DNA from: an uncultured Azospirillum sp.
Lineage (GTDB): Bacteria > Pseudomonadota > Alphaproteobacteria > Rickettsiales > UBA3002
Reading direction: 5' to 3'
DNA length: 32,000 nt
Assembly (NCBI GenBank): GCA_964578965.1
Contig: CAZOFC010000002.1
Span: forward strand, 4,572 to 36,571
Shown here piece by piece: positions 8,716 to 18,013 of this stretch (the first letter of the stretch is position 1; the number at the start of each line of letters is the position of its first letter). Made by a program: the position numbers and the translations under genes. The notes beneath the pieces were generated by a model, which was not told the DNA's origin, made no database searches, and was given only the letters and a program-made list of their open reading frames with translations.

Positions 8716-9031
8716 GCCCATGACATTCTTGGATGACATGCACGGTCATCACCAAACCCTACTGAAGGCGCTGGATGGGCGCGAGGTCACCTACACCCCT
8801 GATGGGGGAACGCCTCGCGTCCTATCCGGCATGTTGCAGGCCTATTCTGAATTGGTCGGCGGCGAATCGGTGGATGTGGTGGTGGCGAACCCGGTGTTAT
8901 CGGTGCGAACACAGGACATTCCCGAAATCCAGACCGGCGACCAGTTCACGGTGGATGGTCAGGATTACGAAGTGGCCGTGATTCGCCCGGATAGCGAAGG
9001 CATCACCGAACTCATTTTGGAAAAATTATGA
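8702..9031 (+). CDS. Head-tail connector/adaptor protein (alternative start at 8720, MTFLDD...)
   Basis: Size (~105 aa) and position between the decoration and tail genes. The C-terminal motif F.VDG..YEV....PD..G...L.L resembles head-tail joining proteins. Confidence 0.5.
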   Translation: MLGFKPMTFLDDMHGHHQTLLKALDGREVTYTPDGGTPRVLSGMLQAYSELVGGESVDVVVANPVLSVRTQDIPEIQTGDQFTVDGQDYEVAVIRPDSEGITELILEKL

Positions 9032-9471
9032 CACACGCCCGCACGCAGATACGGCAGGCGGTGGTGAACCTGCTTGCCGGGAACACTGCCGCCGGTAGCC
9101 GCGTTTATGCGTCCCGCGTTTATGCGCTGGATGACCCAAAACTACCGGCATTGCTCGTGTTCACGCCGCAGGAAGGCATGGGGAATCCCTCCATGCAGCG
9201 GCCACGCACGCAGCAGCGCAATCTTCAGCTGCTAATCGAAGGCTATGTGAAGGCCAGAGGCGATATTGATGCCGAGGCCGACGCATTGGCGCTGGAGGTG
9301 GAGCAAATCATCGGCGCTGACCCGACCCTTGGCGGGTTGGTGAAGGATGCCACACTCGACACCACCAGCACGCAGCTTTCCGGCGAAGGAGAAAAGCCCG
9401 TCGCCATCATCAGCCTGACTTTCGCAGTGCTTTACTGCGTCAAAGAAAACGCGCCTCAGACGCTCGTTTAA
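9028..9471 (+). CDS. Tail terminator / tail completion protein (gpU- or DUF3168-like)
   Basis: 147 aa, ATGA overlap with the upstream gene, immediately precedes the major tail protein. The N-terminal IRQAVVNLLAGNTAAGSRVY pattern is typical of this class. Confidence 0.5.
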   Translation: MTHARTQIRQAVVNLLAGNTAAGSRVYASRVYALDDPKLPALLVFTPQEGMGNPSMQRPRTQQRNLQLLIEGYVKARGDIDAEADALALEVEQIIGADPTLGGLVKDATLDTTSTQLSGEGEKPVAIISLTFAVLYCVKENAPQTLV

Positions 9472-9502
9472 CCCCACTCAACCCAACATTAGGAGAAACA
9501 TT

Positions 9503-9898
9503 ATGGCTACCCACGCTGGCAGCGAGGGGAAGGTCTTTATTGGCACTTCCCAAGTCGCAGAAGTCAAATCTTGGTCACTCGAAGTGACCTCCGACACGGT
9601 GGACGCATCCATCATCGGCACGCAATGGCGCAAAAACCAAGCCACCATCAAAAGCTGGTCAGGCAGTTTTGATGCGTTTTGGGATGAAACCGACACCACC
9701 GGCCAAGGTGCGTTGGAAGTCGGCGCGACCGTTACCCTCAATCTCTACCCGGAAGGCAATGCCTCCGGCGCGACGTATTGGACAGGTGACGCAATCGTGA
9801 CCTCCATCGCCTACAGCGGCTCCTTCGATGGAATCGTAGAAGCCACCTTCAGCTTCACCGGCACGGGTGCGCTGGATGAAGAAACCGTCACACCATAA
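9503..9898 (+). CDS. Major tail protein (TP901-1 / GTA g9-like)
   Basis: 131 aa. G....IG...VAEV.SWSL......VD.S..G..W......IKSWSGSF...WD pattern typical of this tail tube family. Strong RBS (AGGAGAAA). Confidence 0.75.
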   Translation: MATHAGSEGKVFIGTSQVAEVKSWSLEVTSDTVDASIIGTQWRKNQATIKSWSGSFDAFWDETDTTGQGALEVGATVTLNLYPEGNASGATYWTGDAIVTSIAYSGSFDGIVEATFSFTGTGALDEETVTP

Positions 9899-9907
9899 GG
9901 GGGCATC

Positions 9908-10285
9908 ATGCGTACCATTGACCAAGTAAAGAAACACTATCAGGCACAAGAGCGCGTGGTTATCTCCGTTCCCGAATGGGGCGAAGGTGAAGCGCCGCTC
10001 GAAATTAACATTTTCCCGATGACGATGGCGGAGGCCAGCCTTATCCAGCGCATGTCTGGCAAGAAGGCCTCCAACATTGAAAGCGCGGTCAATTCCCTGA
10101 TCGTGAAAGCCCGCGACAAAGACGGGAACCGCCTGTTCAAAGTCGAGGACAAGGAAGCACTGCTCAATTTTGCAGATTGCCGCGTGATTCTTCGCATTAA
10201 CGAGGAAATCGAGCGCCACTTCTTCAAAAACGTGGAGCAAGCCAAGGGAAACTCCGAAGCGACCCCATCCGACACTGCCAGCTGA
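9908..10285 (+). CDS. Tail assembly chaperone (gpG equivalent)
   Basis: 125-aa acidic ORF between the major tail protein and the tape measure. It carries a canonical slippery heptamer near its 3' end. Confidence 0.7.
   Translation: MRTIDQVKKHYQAQERVVISVPEWGEGEAPLEINIFPMTMAEASLIQRMSGKKASNIESAVNSLIVKARDKDGNRLFKVEDKEALLNFADCRVILRINEEIERHFFKNVEQAKGNSEATPSDTAS
10246..10252 (+). promoter_or_regulatory. Programmed -1 ribosomal frameshift slippery site G_GGA_AAC
   Basis: X_XXY_YYZ heptamer in the correct register of the chaperone frame (codons aaG GGA AAC). The -1 frame is open from here to 10416. Lambda uses G_GGA_AAG at the equivalent G/GT position. Confidence 0.65.
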
Positions 10286-10416
10286 TGCTGGCGTACCGCC
10301 TCAGCAAACCACTCTCAGAAATCGAGCAAATGACAACCGCTGAGTTCGCGGAATGGGTCGCGTTTTTTCAACTTCAACAGGAACAGATGGGGAAATCTCA
10401 TGGCCGCATTCGGTAG
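10249..10416 (+). CDS. -1 frame extension giving a G-T-type chaperone fusion (gpT-like segment); could also start independently at ATG 10285 (43 aa)
   Basis: Hand translation of the -1 frame gives K LRSDPIRHCQLMLAYRLSKPLSEIEQMTTAEFAEWVAFFQLQQEQMGKSHGRIR*. LAYRLSKPLSEIEQMTTAEFAEWVAFF parallels lambda gpT LAREFGRPDWRAMLAGMSSTEYADWHRFY (from memory). It is below the ORF-track size cutoff. Confidence 0.6.
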   Translation, partial: KLRSDPIRHCQLMLAYRLSKPLSEIEQMTTAEFAEWVAFFQLQQEQMGKSHGRIR

Positions 10417-12307
10417 TGCAGAATTTGTCATCCGTGCCATTAACAAAACGCAGCAGACGTTCGCGCAGATTAATTCCGGCGTGAACGATATGGATAAGCG
10501 GTTCAAGCGCCTTAGTGGTGGCTTGAACCGCATTGGTGGGCTGATGGCCACGGCTTTCGTGGGCAAGCAGTTCACCGATACCATCACCAAGTTTGAAAAA
10601 CTGGAAGCCAGCTTGCGAACGGTTACCGGCTCGGCGGATAATGCCAGTGTCGCCTTTGGCTTCATTGAGAAGTTCGCGGCGGAAACTCCATTCCAGCTGG
10701 AGGAAGTCGTCGATGCGTTCATCAAGCTGAAGGCGCTGGGGCTTACTCCGTCTGAGGATGCCCTCACGTCTTACGGTAACACCGCAACAGCGATGGGGAA
10801 ATCCCTCAACCAGATGATTGAAGCGGTGGCGGATGCGACTACGGGTGAATTCGAGCGCCTGAAGGAATTCGGCATTAGATCCCGCGTGCAAGGCGAACAG
10901 GTGACGTTCACCTTCCAAGGGGTCAGCACGACCGTCGGCAAGAACGCCAAGGAAATCGAAGGTTATCTGCGCTCTATCGGTGATGTGCAATTCGCCGGGG
11001 CGATGGATCAACAGGCAGGCACGCTCAACGTGGCGCTGTCCAACATGGGCGATTCGTTTGCCAAACTGGTGAAAGCTATTGGCGATGCAGGCCTGACCGA
11101 TATTCTGATTTTCATTGCCGATAAGGTGCGCTGGTTGGCGCAGGTGATTACGGATTCCATCGAACCGTTTGGGCTGGGCTTTAAGGCTTTCATTGCGGAG
11201 GTGATAAAGTTCGGCAACCTATTTATTGCCGTGTTCAAAGGCGTGGGCGATGCGTTTACCGCATTCGGCGACGCTATCTCAAACCGCTTTGAGGCGCTGG
11301 GACAGGACTTAAAGAACTTCGTGGAAAACCCGCTGGGCGGTATTTCCTTCGAGAACACCCGCAAGGCGCTGGAAACCGGCCTCGGCCAAGCCATGAGCCA
11401 AGCCTTCGATAAGGCGCTGACGGAAGCGAAACAGTTTAACGCCGACATTGACGCGCAAATCCAAGATGCGGCCATGAAAATCGTGGATGCGCGGCAGGCC
11501 AAGAACAAGTCGCTCGATAGCTTGTTTCAGGAAACCAAAGAGCCAGAAAAGGTTAAAGAAACGGCCAAGGAAGTGAAGTCCTTCAATAAGCTCCAGCAGG
11601 AGGCGCAGCGCATCATTGAGGCCACGCGCACGCCGCTGGAGAACTACAACAAGGAAATGTCGCAGCTGAACCAGCTGTTGGAGAAAGGCTACATCAATCA
11701 GGAAACCTTCGGGCGTGCGACCGAACAGGCAGCGGAGCGCCTGAATAAATCCACGAAAAAGACAGGCGAAACGATTGAAGGTGAATTCGACAGAATTGGC
11801 GAAAGTATGGAAGGCACGATTGCCGACTCGTTGGATGCCATCAGTGGCCGCTTCGATAGCTTCGGCGATTTCTTTACCGGGATGCTCTCCGACCTGAACC
11901 GCTCACTGCTGAAGTGGGCGCTCAACGACCTTGGCATTACCGGCAAAGGCGGCTTCATCGAAGATATTTTTGGTTCAATCAAAGGTATTTTCGGTGGTGG
12001 CGGTAGCAGCGGCGGTGGTTTGGGCGGCATCCTCGGCGGCATTGGCGATTTCTTCGGCGGCTTCTTTGCCGATGGCGGCAGGCTGAAACCCGGTCAGTTC
12101 GGTGTGGTTGGCGAACGCGGTCCCGAATTGGCTTATGCGGGGAACGCACCACTTAATATCACGCCGAACAGCGCACTTGGCGGCGGTTCGCCCATCACTA
12201 TCAACATGAACGTGCAAACACCCGATGTCCGCAGCTTCCGGCAAAGCCAAAGCCAGATTGCGGCAGATATGGCGCGTTCCATCGAACGGGCAAGGAGAAA
12301 CCTATGA
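10400..12307 (+). CDS. Tape measure protein
   Basis: 635 aa, helical/coiled-coil-rich. Gly-rich C-terminal block GGGGSSGGGLGGILGGIGDFFGGFFADGG followed by VVGERGPEL. Canonical position after the G/GT pair. Confidence 0.9.
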   Translation: MAAFGSAEFVIRAINKTQQTFAQINSGVNDMDKRFKRLSGGLNRIGGLMATAFVGKQFTDTITKFEKLEASLRTVTGSADNASVAFGFIEKFAAETPFQLEEVVDAFIKLKALGLTPSEDALTSYGNTATAMGKSLNQMIEAVADATTGEFERLKEFGIRSRVQGEQVTFTFQGVSTTVGKNAKEIEGYLRSIGDVQFAGAMDQQAGTLNVALSNMGDSFAKLVKAIGDAGLTDILIFIADKVRWLAQVITDSIEPFGLGFKAFIAEVIKFGNLFIAVFKGVGDAFTAFGDAISNRFEALGQDLKNFVENPLGGISFENTRKALETGLGQAMSQAFDKALTEAKQFNADIDAQIQDAAMKIVDARQAKNKSLDSLFQETKEPEKVKETAKEVKSFNKLQQEAQRIIEATRTPLENYNKEMSQLNQLLEKGYINQETFGRATEQAAERLNKSTKKTGETIEGEFDRIGESMEGTIADSLDAISGRFDSFGDFFTGMLSDLNRSLLKWALNDLGITGKGGFIEDIFGSIKGIFGGGGSSGGGLGGILGGIGDFFGGFFADGGRLKPGQFGVVGERGPELAYAGNAPLNITPNSALGGGSPITINMNVQTPDVRSFRQSQSQIAADMARSIERARRNL

Positions 12308-12885
12308 GCTTCGTAGAAACCCAGTTCCCCACCGAAATCAGCTACGGCGCGAATGGTGGTCCGATGTTTATGACGGATGTGGTGACCACTGTATCCGGGC
12401 ATGAACAGCGCAACAGCAAATGGAGCCAAGCGCGTGCGCGGTATAATGCCGCCTCCGGGGTTAAAACCGAAACGCAATGGCAGGTGCTGATTGCCTTTTT
12501 CCGGGCGCGGCGCGGCAAAGCGGTCGGGTTCCGCTTCAAGGATTGGAGCGACTTCAAGGCGGTGAACCAGCCGCTGCAATCCCTCGGCGGCGATGAATAC
12601 CAGCTGGTGAAGCGGTATGTCAGCGGCGCGGTGGTGTCGGAGCGCATTATCAGCAAGCCGGTCGCTGGCACGGTGAAGCTCTACAAAAACAGCATTCTGC
12701 AAGTGAGTGGCTGGAGCGTGGATACGGCCACCGGCATCATCACCACAGCCCATACCGGCACGCTCACGGTGGATTTTGAATTCGATGTGCCAGTGCGCTT
12801 CGATACCGACGAGCTGGGGCTTTCGATGGATAGTTTCAACGCCGGTAGCTGGAACAATATTCCGCTGATCGAGGTGCGCGTATGA
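12304..12885 (+). CDS. Distal tail protein, DUF2460 family (RcGTA g12-like)
   Basis: The N-terminus MSFVETQFPTEISYGANGGP....T.VV...SGHEQRNSKW matches my memory of DUF2460. ATGA overlap with the tape measure. Confidence 0.85.
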   Translation: MSFVETQFPTEISYGANGGPMFMTDVVTTVSGHEQRNSKWSQARARYNAASGVKTETQWQVLIAFFRARRGKAVGFRFKDWSDFKAVNQPLQSLGGDEYQLVKRYVSGAVVSERIISKPVAGTVKLYKNSILQVSGWSVDTATGIITTAHTGTLTVDFEFDVPVRFDTDELGLSMDSFNAGSWNNIPLIEVRV

Positions 12886-13745
12886 GAGTGATTTCACCGC
12901 AGCTTGAAGCGCATTTCGGCAGTAACATGACCACGCTTGCCACCTGCTGGAAAATTATCCGGCTGGATGGTGAGGAATTAGGCTTCACCGATCACGACCA
13001 GGTATTGACCGTCGATGGGCTGGATTACGATTCCATCGCCGGGTTCACGCCGACCACGGTGGAAAGCAAATCCAATATGGGCGTGGATAATCTGGAAGTC
13101 GAAGGCCAGACATTTCCCTCCAAAATTACCGAATCCGACCTGTTGGCCGGGATGTATGACTATGCCGAGATTGAGATTTTCACGGTAAATTATGAGGATT
13201 TGAGCCAAGGCAAGCTGGTGGTGAAACGTGGGCGGCTGGGCGAAGTGACGCTCAACCAGCAGCTTTTTACCGCTGAGGTGCGCGGCCTGACGCAGCATTT
13301 AAGCCAGACTATCGGCGAAGTGTATTCGCCATCATGCCGCGCTGTGCTGGGCGATACGCGGTGCAAGAAGTCGCTGACCAGCTTCACCATCACCACGACC
13401 GTCACGGCGGTCACCAATAACCAGACTTTTACCGCATCGGCACTCACGCAGGCGGCGGGGTATTTCACGGGTGGCGAAGTCGAATGGACGAGCGGCAATA
13501 ACGACGGGCGGCGCATGGAGGTGAAGGAATTCGCTTCCGGCCAGCTGGTGTTGGCGCTGCCAATGGGGAAATCCATCCAAGTCGGCGATGGGTTCAAGGT
13601 AATCGCCGGGTGCGACAAAACCCGCGAAACCTGCCGCACCAAGTTCAGCAACATTCTTAATTTCCGGGGAGAGCCGGACGTGCCGGGGGTCGATCAGCTG
13701 CTGATGACCGCAGGCACGATGGATAAGGGCAATCGCAATGGCTAG
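12882..13745 (+). CDS. Tail hub protein, DUF2163 + BR0599-type C-terminal domain (RcGTA g13-like)
   Basis: LATCWKIIRLDGEELGFTDHD..L.VDG..Y and C-terminal CDKT.ETCR.KF.N..NFRGEP.VPG are the hallmark motifs of this family. ATGA overlap upstream. Confidence 0.85.
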   Translation: MRVISPQLEAHFGSNMTTLATCWKIIRLDGEELGFTDHDQVLTVDGLDYDSIAGFTPTTVESKSNMGVDNLEVEGQTFPSKITESDLLAGMYDYAEIEIFTVNYEDLSQGKLVVKRGRLGEVTLNQQLFTAEVRGLTQHLSQTIGEVYSPSCRAVLGDTRCKKSLTSFTITTTVTAVTNNQTFTASALTQAAGYFTGGEVEWTSGNNDGRRMEVKEFASGQLVLALPMGKSIQVGDGFKVIAGCDKTRETCRTKFSNILNFRGEPDVPGVDQLLMTAGTMDKGNRNG

Positions 13746-14223
13746 AGTTTCATCATCGCAAATCGTCGTGCAGGCACGCACATGGCTCGGCACGCGCTAT
13801 CACCATCAAGGGCGGCTTAAGAAATCGGCGGCGGGTCCGGGCGGCGTGGATTGCATCGGCCTGATTGTTGGCGTGGCAGATGAGCTGGGCTTGCAAGATG
13901 GCGCTGGGAATCCGCTCTCGCGTGCGGATGAAACCGATTATTCCATGTACCCGGAGCGTGGGCGGCTGGTGGGCTGCATTGAGAAATACTTGCGCCCCAT
14001 ACCGCTCGATAAAATGTCCGAGGGCGATGTGCTGCTTTTTCGCACCTTCAAAGACCCGCAGCATGTGGCGCTACTTTCCATTTATCCGACGGGTGGGCTT
14101 GGCCTGATTCATTGCAATTCTAGTGCTGGCCGGGTGGTCGAGCAGCCGCTTTCCGACACATGGCGGCGAATGCTGACCCATGCCTACCGTTTCAAAAATA
14201 AACAACTGCAATCCCTGAAATAG
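13738..14223 (+). CDS. NlpC/P60-family peptidase (RcGTA g14-like)
   Basis: ARTWLGTRYHHQGR...GGVDCIGLIVGV contains the catalytic Cys context. A downstream His lies in QHVALL. Conserved position between hub and host-specificity genes. Confidence 0.85.
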   Translation: MARVSSSQIVVQARTWLGTRYHHQGRLKKSAAGPGGVDCIGLIVGVADELGLQDGAGNPLSRADETDYSMYPERGRLVGCIEKYLRPIPLDKMSEGDVLLFRTFKDPQHVALLSIYPTGGLGLIHCNSSAGRVVEQPLSDTWRRMLTHAYRFKNKQLQSLK

Positions 14224-14232
14224 AGCAACCTC

Positions 14233-17200
14233 ATGGCTGATATAGTCCTACCTGTCGTTGGCGGCGTGACTGGCTTTGTGCTTGGTGGTCCGTCCGGCGC
14301 TGTTCTCGGCGCGAATCTCGGCGGCATGGCTGCGGGGATGTTTTTCCCGAAGACTCAGCGCGTGCAGCTGCCAGCACAGGAAGGACCGCGCCTTGCTGAC
14401 CTCCGGGCGCAGGTTTCGACCTACGGCAATATGATTCCCAAGGTTTACGGCACAATGCGGCTGGCCGGGAACGTCATCTGGTCAACGGACATTAAGGAAG
14501 TTCGCACCGAAACCACCAGCACGCAGACTTCCAGCGGTGGCGGTAAAGGTGGTGGCGGCGGTGGCGGCAAAACCACCACGAGCCAAACCACGATCACCTA
14601 TAATTATTTCGTCACACTGGCGATTGCCATTTGCGAGGGTCCGATTGATGAAGTCATCCGCGTATGGGCGGATAGCAAGGTGCTGACGGAAGATGTGCTG
14701 TCGGCCTCCCAAGGCAAATACAACGTGCATTTCGGCGATGAAACACAGGGAGTGGATGACATCATCGCCAAATATCTGCCTGCGGGAACCATTCCCGCCT
14801 ATCGTGGTCGCGCCTATGTGGTGATTGAGGATTTCCCATTGGCCGAATACGGCAACCGCATCCCCAATTTTACGTTTGAGATTCGCCGCACGCTGAAATT
14901 CAGCCCCAGCGTTGAAGAAAAAGTCAAAGACATCGTGATAATTCCGGGTGCTGGCGAGTTCGTCTATGGCACGCAGAACACCACGAAGCAAGATGGCTAT
15001 TTCGCCTATTTCGGCGGGGCATTCACGCCCAGCGGGGAAAAGAAAACCCTCAACATGCACAATTACGATGGCAAGGCGGATGTGCTGGTGGCCATCGACC
15101 AGCTGATAAAGAACCTGCCGAACCTCGAATGGGTGGCGGTGGTGGTGACGTGGTTTGCCACCAGCACCGATGCCGGAGCCTGCACCATCATTCCCAAAGT
15201 GGAGTTCCAAGGCACAACGCAGGTGTTGCCTCAGGATTGGAGCGTGGCCGGTATCAGCCGTGCTTCCGCCTCCGTGGTGCTAAATTTCGGCGATGGGAAA
15301 CCGACTTACGGCGGCACACCCTCCGACCATACGGTGGTGCAAATCTGCGCGGAGCTGAAAGCCCGTGGCCTGAATGTGATGCTCTATCCCATGATTTTTG
15401 TGGATACCATCACGCCGGAGCCTAAGCCTTGGCGCGGTCGCATCATTCCAGCCAATGCCACCGATGCGAATAACTGGTTCACCAAAACAAACGGCTATAA
15501 CGCTTTCATCATGCACTATGCCAATTTGCTGAGTGGCGATGTGGATGCATTCGTGATCGGCTCGGAACTGGTCGGCATGACCGGCTTTACCGATTCGCCG
15601 GGAAGCTATCCCGCTGTTTCCAAGCTGGTGACGCTGGCTGGCAGCGTGAAAGCAGCGATGCCGGGAACCATCATCACCTATGCCGCCGATTGGAGCGAAT
15701 ATCATAGCCGTGGCGGGTGGTTTAACCTCGACCCGCTTTGGGCATCCTCCAATATCGACGTGGTGGGGATTGATAGCTATTTCCCGATTACGCCCGACCT
15801 GCCGCAGGTGCAGATTACCCCGGAGCTTATCAAGGAATACTGGGAAAAAGGCGAAGGCTGGGATTATTACTTCCTCGATTCCGTCGCACGCACCGGCCAG
15901 ACCAGCTATGGCGGCAACGCGGCCTATGCGTGGAAAAACCTCGAATACTGGTGGAAAAACACTCACACCAACCCGAATGCTGTGACGACCGGCTGGACTT
16001 CCAAAATGAAGCCGGTCTGGTTTACGGAGTTCGGTTTCCCCAGCGTGGATGGATGCACCAACCAGCCCAACGTGTTCTATGACCCGACATCGAGCGAGAG
16101 CTTTTTCCCTCGTGCCAGCCGTGGCCGGGTGGATTTTCAGGCGCGGCGCGTGGCACTCGATGCGACGTTGGATTATCTGGAGGAGCGCAGGCTGGAAACC
16201 GGCAATGCCAACCTTGTGCCGCGTCGGTTCGTGTGGACGTGGGATGCGCGTCCGTTTTCCTTCTGGCCTGACCTTGAAAACGTCTGGCAGGATTCCATCC
16301 TTTGGGCGACCGGCCATTGGGTAAACGGCAAGCTGGGTGCATCGACACTGGGTGCGGTGGTGGCGGAACTGTTTCAAGCCGCAGGCCTGACCGCCTCGGA
16401 TTATGACGTGACGCGCCTCACGGCTACGCTGGAGGGGTATATAATCCAGCAGCCCATTACGGTGCGAAATGCCATTGAGCAGCTTACAGCCGCGTTCTTT
16501 TTCGATGTGGTGGAAAGCGATGGCATCCTGAAATGCGTGCCGCGTGGCAATGCCTCGATCAAGAACGTGCCGGAGGATGATTTAATCCCCGGCGGCAAGG
16601 GTGACGCGCAGAGCGTGCTGGAAATCAATTACGCTCAGGAATTGGAACTGCCGCAGCGCGTGAACGTGACCTATATCGACCGGCCTTTCAATTATGACCC
16701 GGTGACGCAGACTTCCCAGCGTCAGGTGGTGAAAGCGGTCGATCAGGTGACTATGAACCTGCCGATTGTGATGGGCGCAACGCAGGCGAAGAAAGTGGCG
16801 GATGTTACGCTTTACGGCACATGGAAGGAGCGCATCAGCTTTTCCCTGAGCCTCCCGCCGAAATATGTGCGGATTGAGCCGACCGACATCATCACGGTGA
16901 ACGTATCGGGCGTGGCGCATGAAATGCGTGTCATCAAAACCGACATGGAAGCCAATGGCATGATGAAACTGAGCGCGGTGGCGGAAGACATCAGTTCGTA
17001 TGATTTCTACTCGCCGCCCGGTGAAACCGGCAGCAACCTCCAGCCGCCCGTGCTAGTGCCGGGGACTCTGGTGCAATTCATTGATGCGCCGCCGCTACCG
17101 GTGGACACAGTGCAGAACCAAGGCTTGTTGCGTATCGGCGTAGCGGCAGATGGTCCGAACTGGAACGGCGCGGCGATTTATCGCTCCGATGACGGTGGCG

Positions 17201-17991
17201 AGGATGGCGGCAACACCTTCAACGTGCTGGCAGGGCTTGATGGGGCGGCAACTTTCGGCGCCATCATTACCGACCTGGCAACGGGCGTGTCTGTAACGTG
17301 GGATGAATTCAGCGAGGTGGAAGTGCTGCTCAGTTCCGGCAGCCTTGCCAGTGTCAGTGAATTGGCTGTTTTCAACGGCGCGAATGCTGCATTGATTGGC
17401 GAGGAACTGGTGCAGTTTCAGAATGCCGTGCTGATCGGCGAGAACACATACCGCCTTTCCCGGCTTTTGCGGGGGCGGCAGGGTACAGAATGGGCGATGG
17501 GGTTACATGACCCCGGCGACCGCTTCGTTCTGCTTTCTCCGGCGCTTTATACGACCGCAATCGCTAACAACCTTATCGGGCGGGAACTATATTATAAAAC
17601 CGTCAGCGTCGGGAACTCGCTGGGCAACACAGACGAGCTTGCCTTCACCTACACCGGCAAAAACCTGAAACCGTTCGCCCCGGTGCATGTTACCGGCGTG
17701 CGCGATGGTTCAGCCAACCTGACCATCAGCTGGGTGCGCCGCTCTCGCGTGGATGCGGAATGGCGCGACGGGGTGGACATCCCGCTGGGTGAAGAATCGG
17801 AACGCTATGAGGTGGAAATCTATAGCGGCCTGACACTCAAGCGAACCCTGACCGCCACCAGCCCAACGGTCGCCTACAGCGCCGCTAATCAAGTGACGGA
17901 TTTCGGTTCGGCGCAAAGCAGCGTGAGCGTGAAAGTCTATCAGCTATCGGCGGTGGTTGGCCGGGGCTACCCGGCAATAGCCAGCGTTTAA
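14233..17991 (+). CDS. Host-specificity / baseplate multidomain protein (RcGTA g15-like, with TIM-barrel glycoside-hydrolase-like central domain)
   Basis: 1252 aa. N-terminal Gly-rich membrane-like segment, GPRL.DL..Q.S.YG..IP.VYGT.R..GN.IW, poly-Gly block, ...GSEL.G.T motif region, and a C-terminal fibronectin-like end. Order and size match GTA-type tails. Confidence 0.9.
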   Translation: MADIVLPVVGGVTGFVLGGPSGAVLGANLGGMAAGMFFPKTQRVQLPAQEGPRLADLRAQVSTYGNMIPKVYGTMRLAGNVIWSTDIKEVRTETTSTQTSSGGGKGGGGGGGKTTTSQTTITYNYFVTLAIAICEGPIDEVIRVWADSKVLTEDVLSASQGKYNVHFGDETQGVDDIIAKYLPAGTIPAYRGRAYVVIEDFPLAEYGNRIPNFTFEIRRTLKFSPSVEEKVKDIVIIPGAGEFVYGTQNTTKQDGYFAYFGGAFTPSGEKKTLNMHNYDGKADVLVAIDQLIKNLPNLEWVAVVVTWFATSTDAGACTIIPKVEFQGTTQVLPQDWSVAGISRASASVVLNFGDGKPTYGGTPSDHTVVQICAELKARGLNVMLYPMIFVDTITPEPKPWRGRIIPANATDANNWFTKTNGYNAFIMHYANLLSGDVDAFVIGSELVGMTGFTDSPGSYPAVSKLVTLAGSVKAAMPGTIITYAADWSEYHSRGGWFNLDPLWASSNIDVVGIDSYFPITPDLPQVQITPELIKEYWEKGEGWDYYFLDSVARTGQTSYGGNAAYAWKNLEYWWKNTHTNPNAVTTGWTSKMKPVWFTEFGFPSVDGCTNQPNVFYDPTSSESFFPRASRGRVDFQARRVALDATLDYLEERRLETGNANLVPRRFVWTWDARPFSFWPDLENVWQDSILWATGHWVNGKLGASTLGAVVAELFQAAGLTASDYDVTRLTATLEGYIIQQPITVRNAIEQLTAAFFFDVVESDGILKCVPRGNASIKNVPEDDLIPGGKGDAQSVLEINYAQELELPQRVNVTYIDRPFNYDPVTQTSQRQVVKAVDQVTMNLPIVMGATQAKKVADVTLYGTWKERISFSLSLPPKYVRIEPTDIITVNVSGVAHEMRVIKTDMEANGMMKLSAVAEDISSYDFYSPPGETGSNLQPPVLVPGTLVQFIDAPPLPVDTVQNQGLLRIGVAADGPNWNGAAIYRSDDGGEDGGNTFNVLAGLDGAATFGAIITDLATGVSVTWDEFSEVEVLLSSGSLASVSELAVFNGANAALIGEELVQFQNAVLIGENTYRLSRLLRGRQGTEWAMGLHDPGDRFVLLSPALYTTAIANNLIGRELYYKTVSVGNSLGNTDELAFTYTGKNLKPFAPVHVTGVRDGSANLTISWVRRSRVDAEWRDGVDIPLGEESERYEVEIYSGLTLKRTLTATSPTVAYSAANQVTDFGSAQSSVSVKVYQLSAVVGRGYPAIASV

Positions 17992-18013
17992 CCCAACTTA
18001 ATCGGAGAATTCT

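Noticed and set aside
14530-14575. GGT/GGC-rich simple repeat in the host-specificity gene, and the similar Gly-rich stretch at about 11990-12070 in the tape measure
   Set aside because: They are in-frame poly-Gly linkers of structural proteins, not CRISPR, VNTR or intergenic repeats. No spacer-repeat periodicity.
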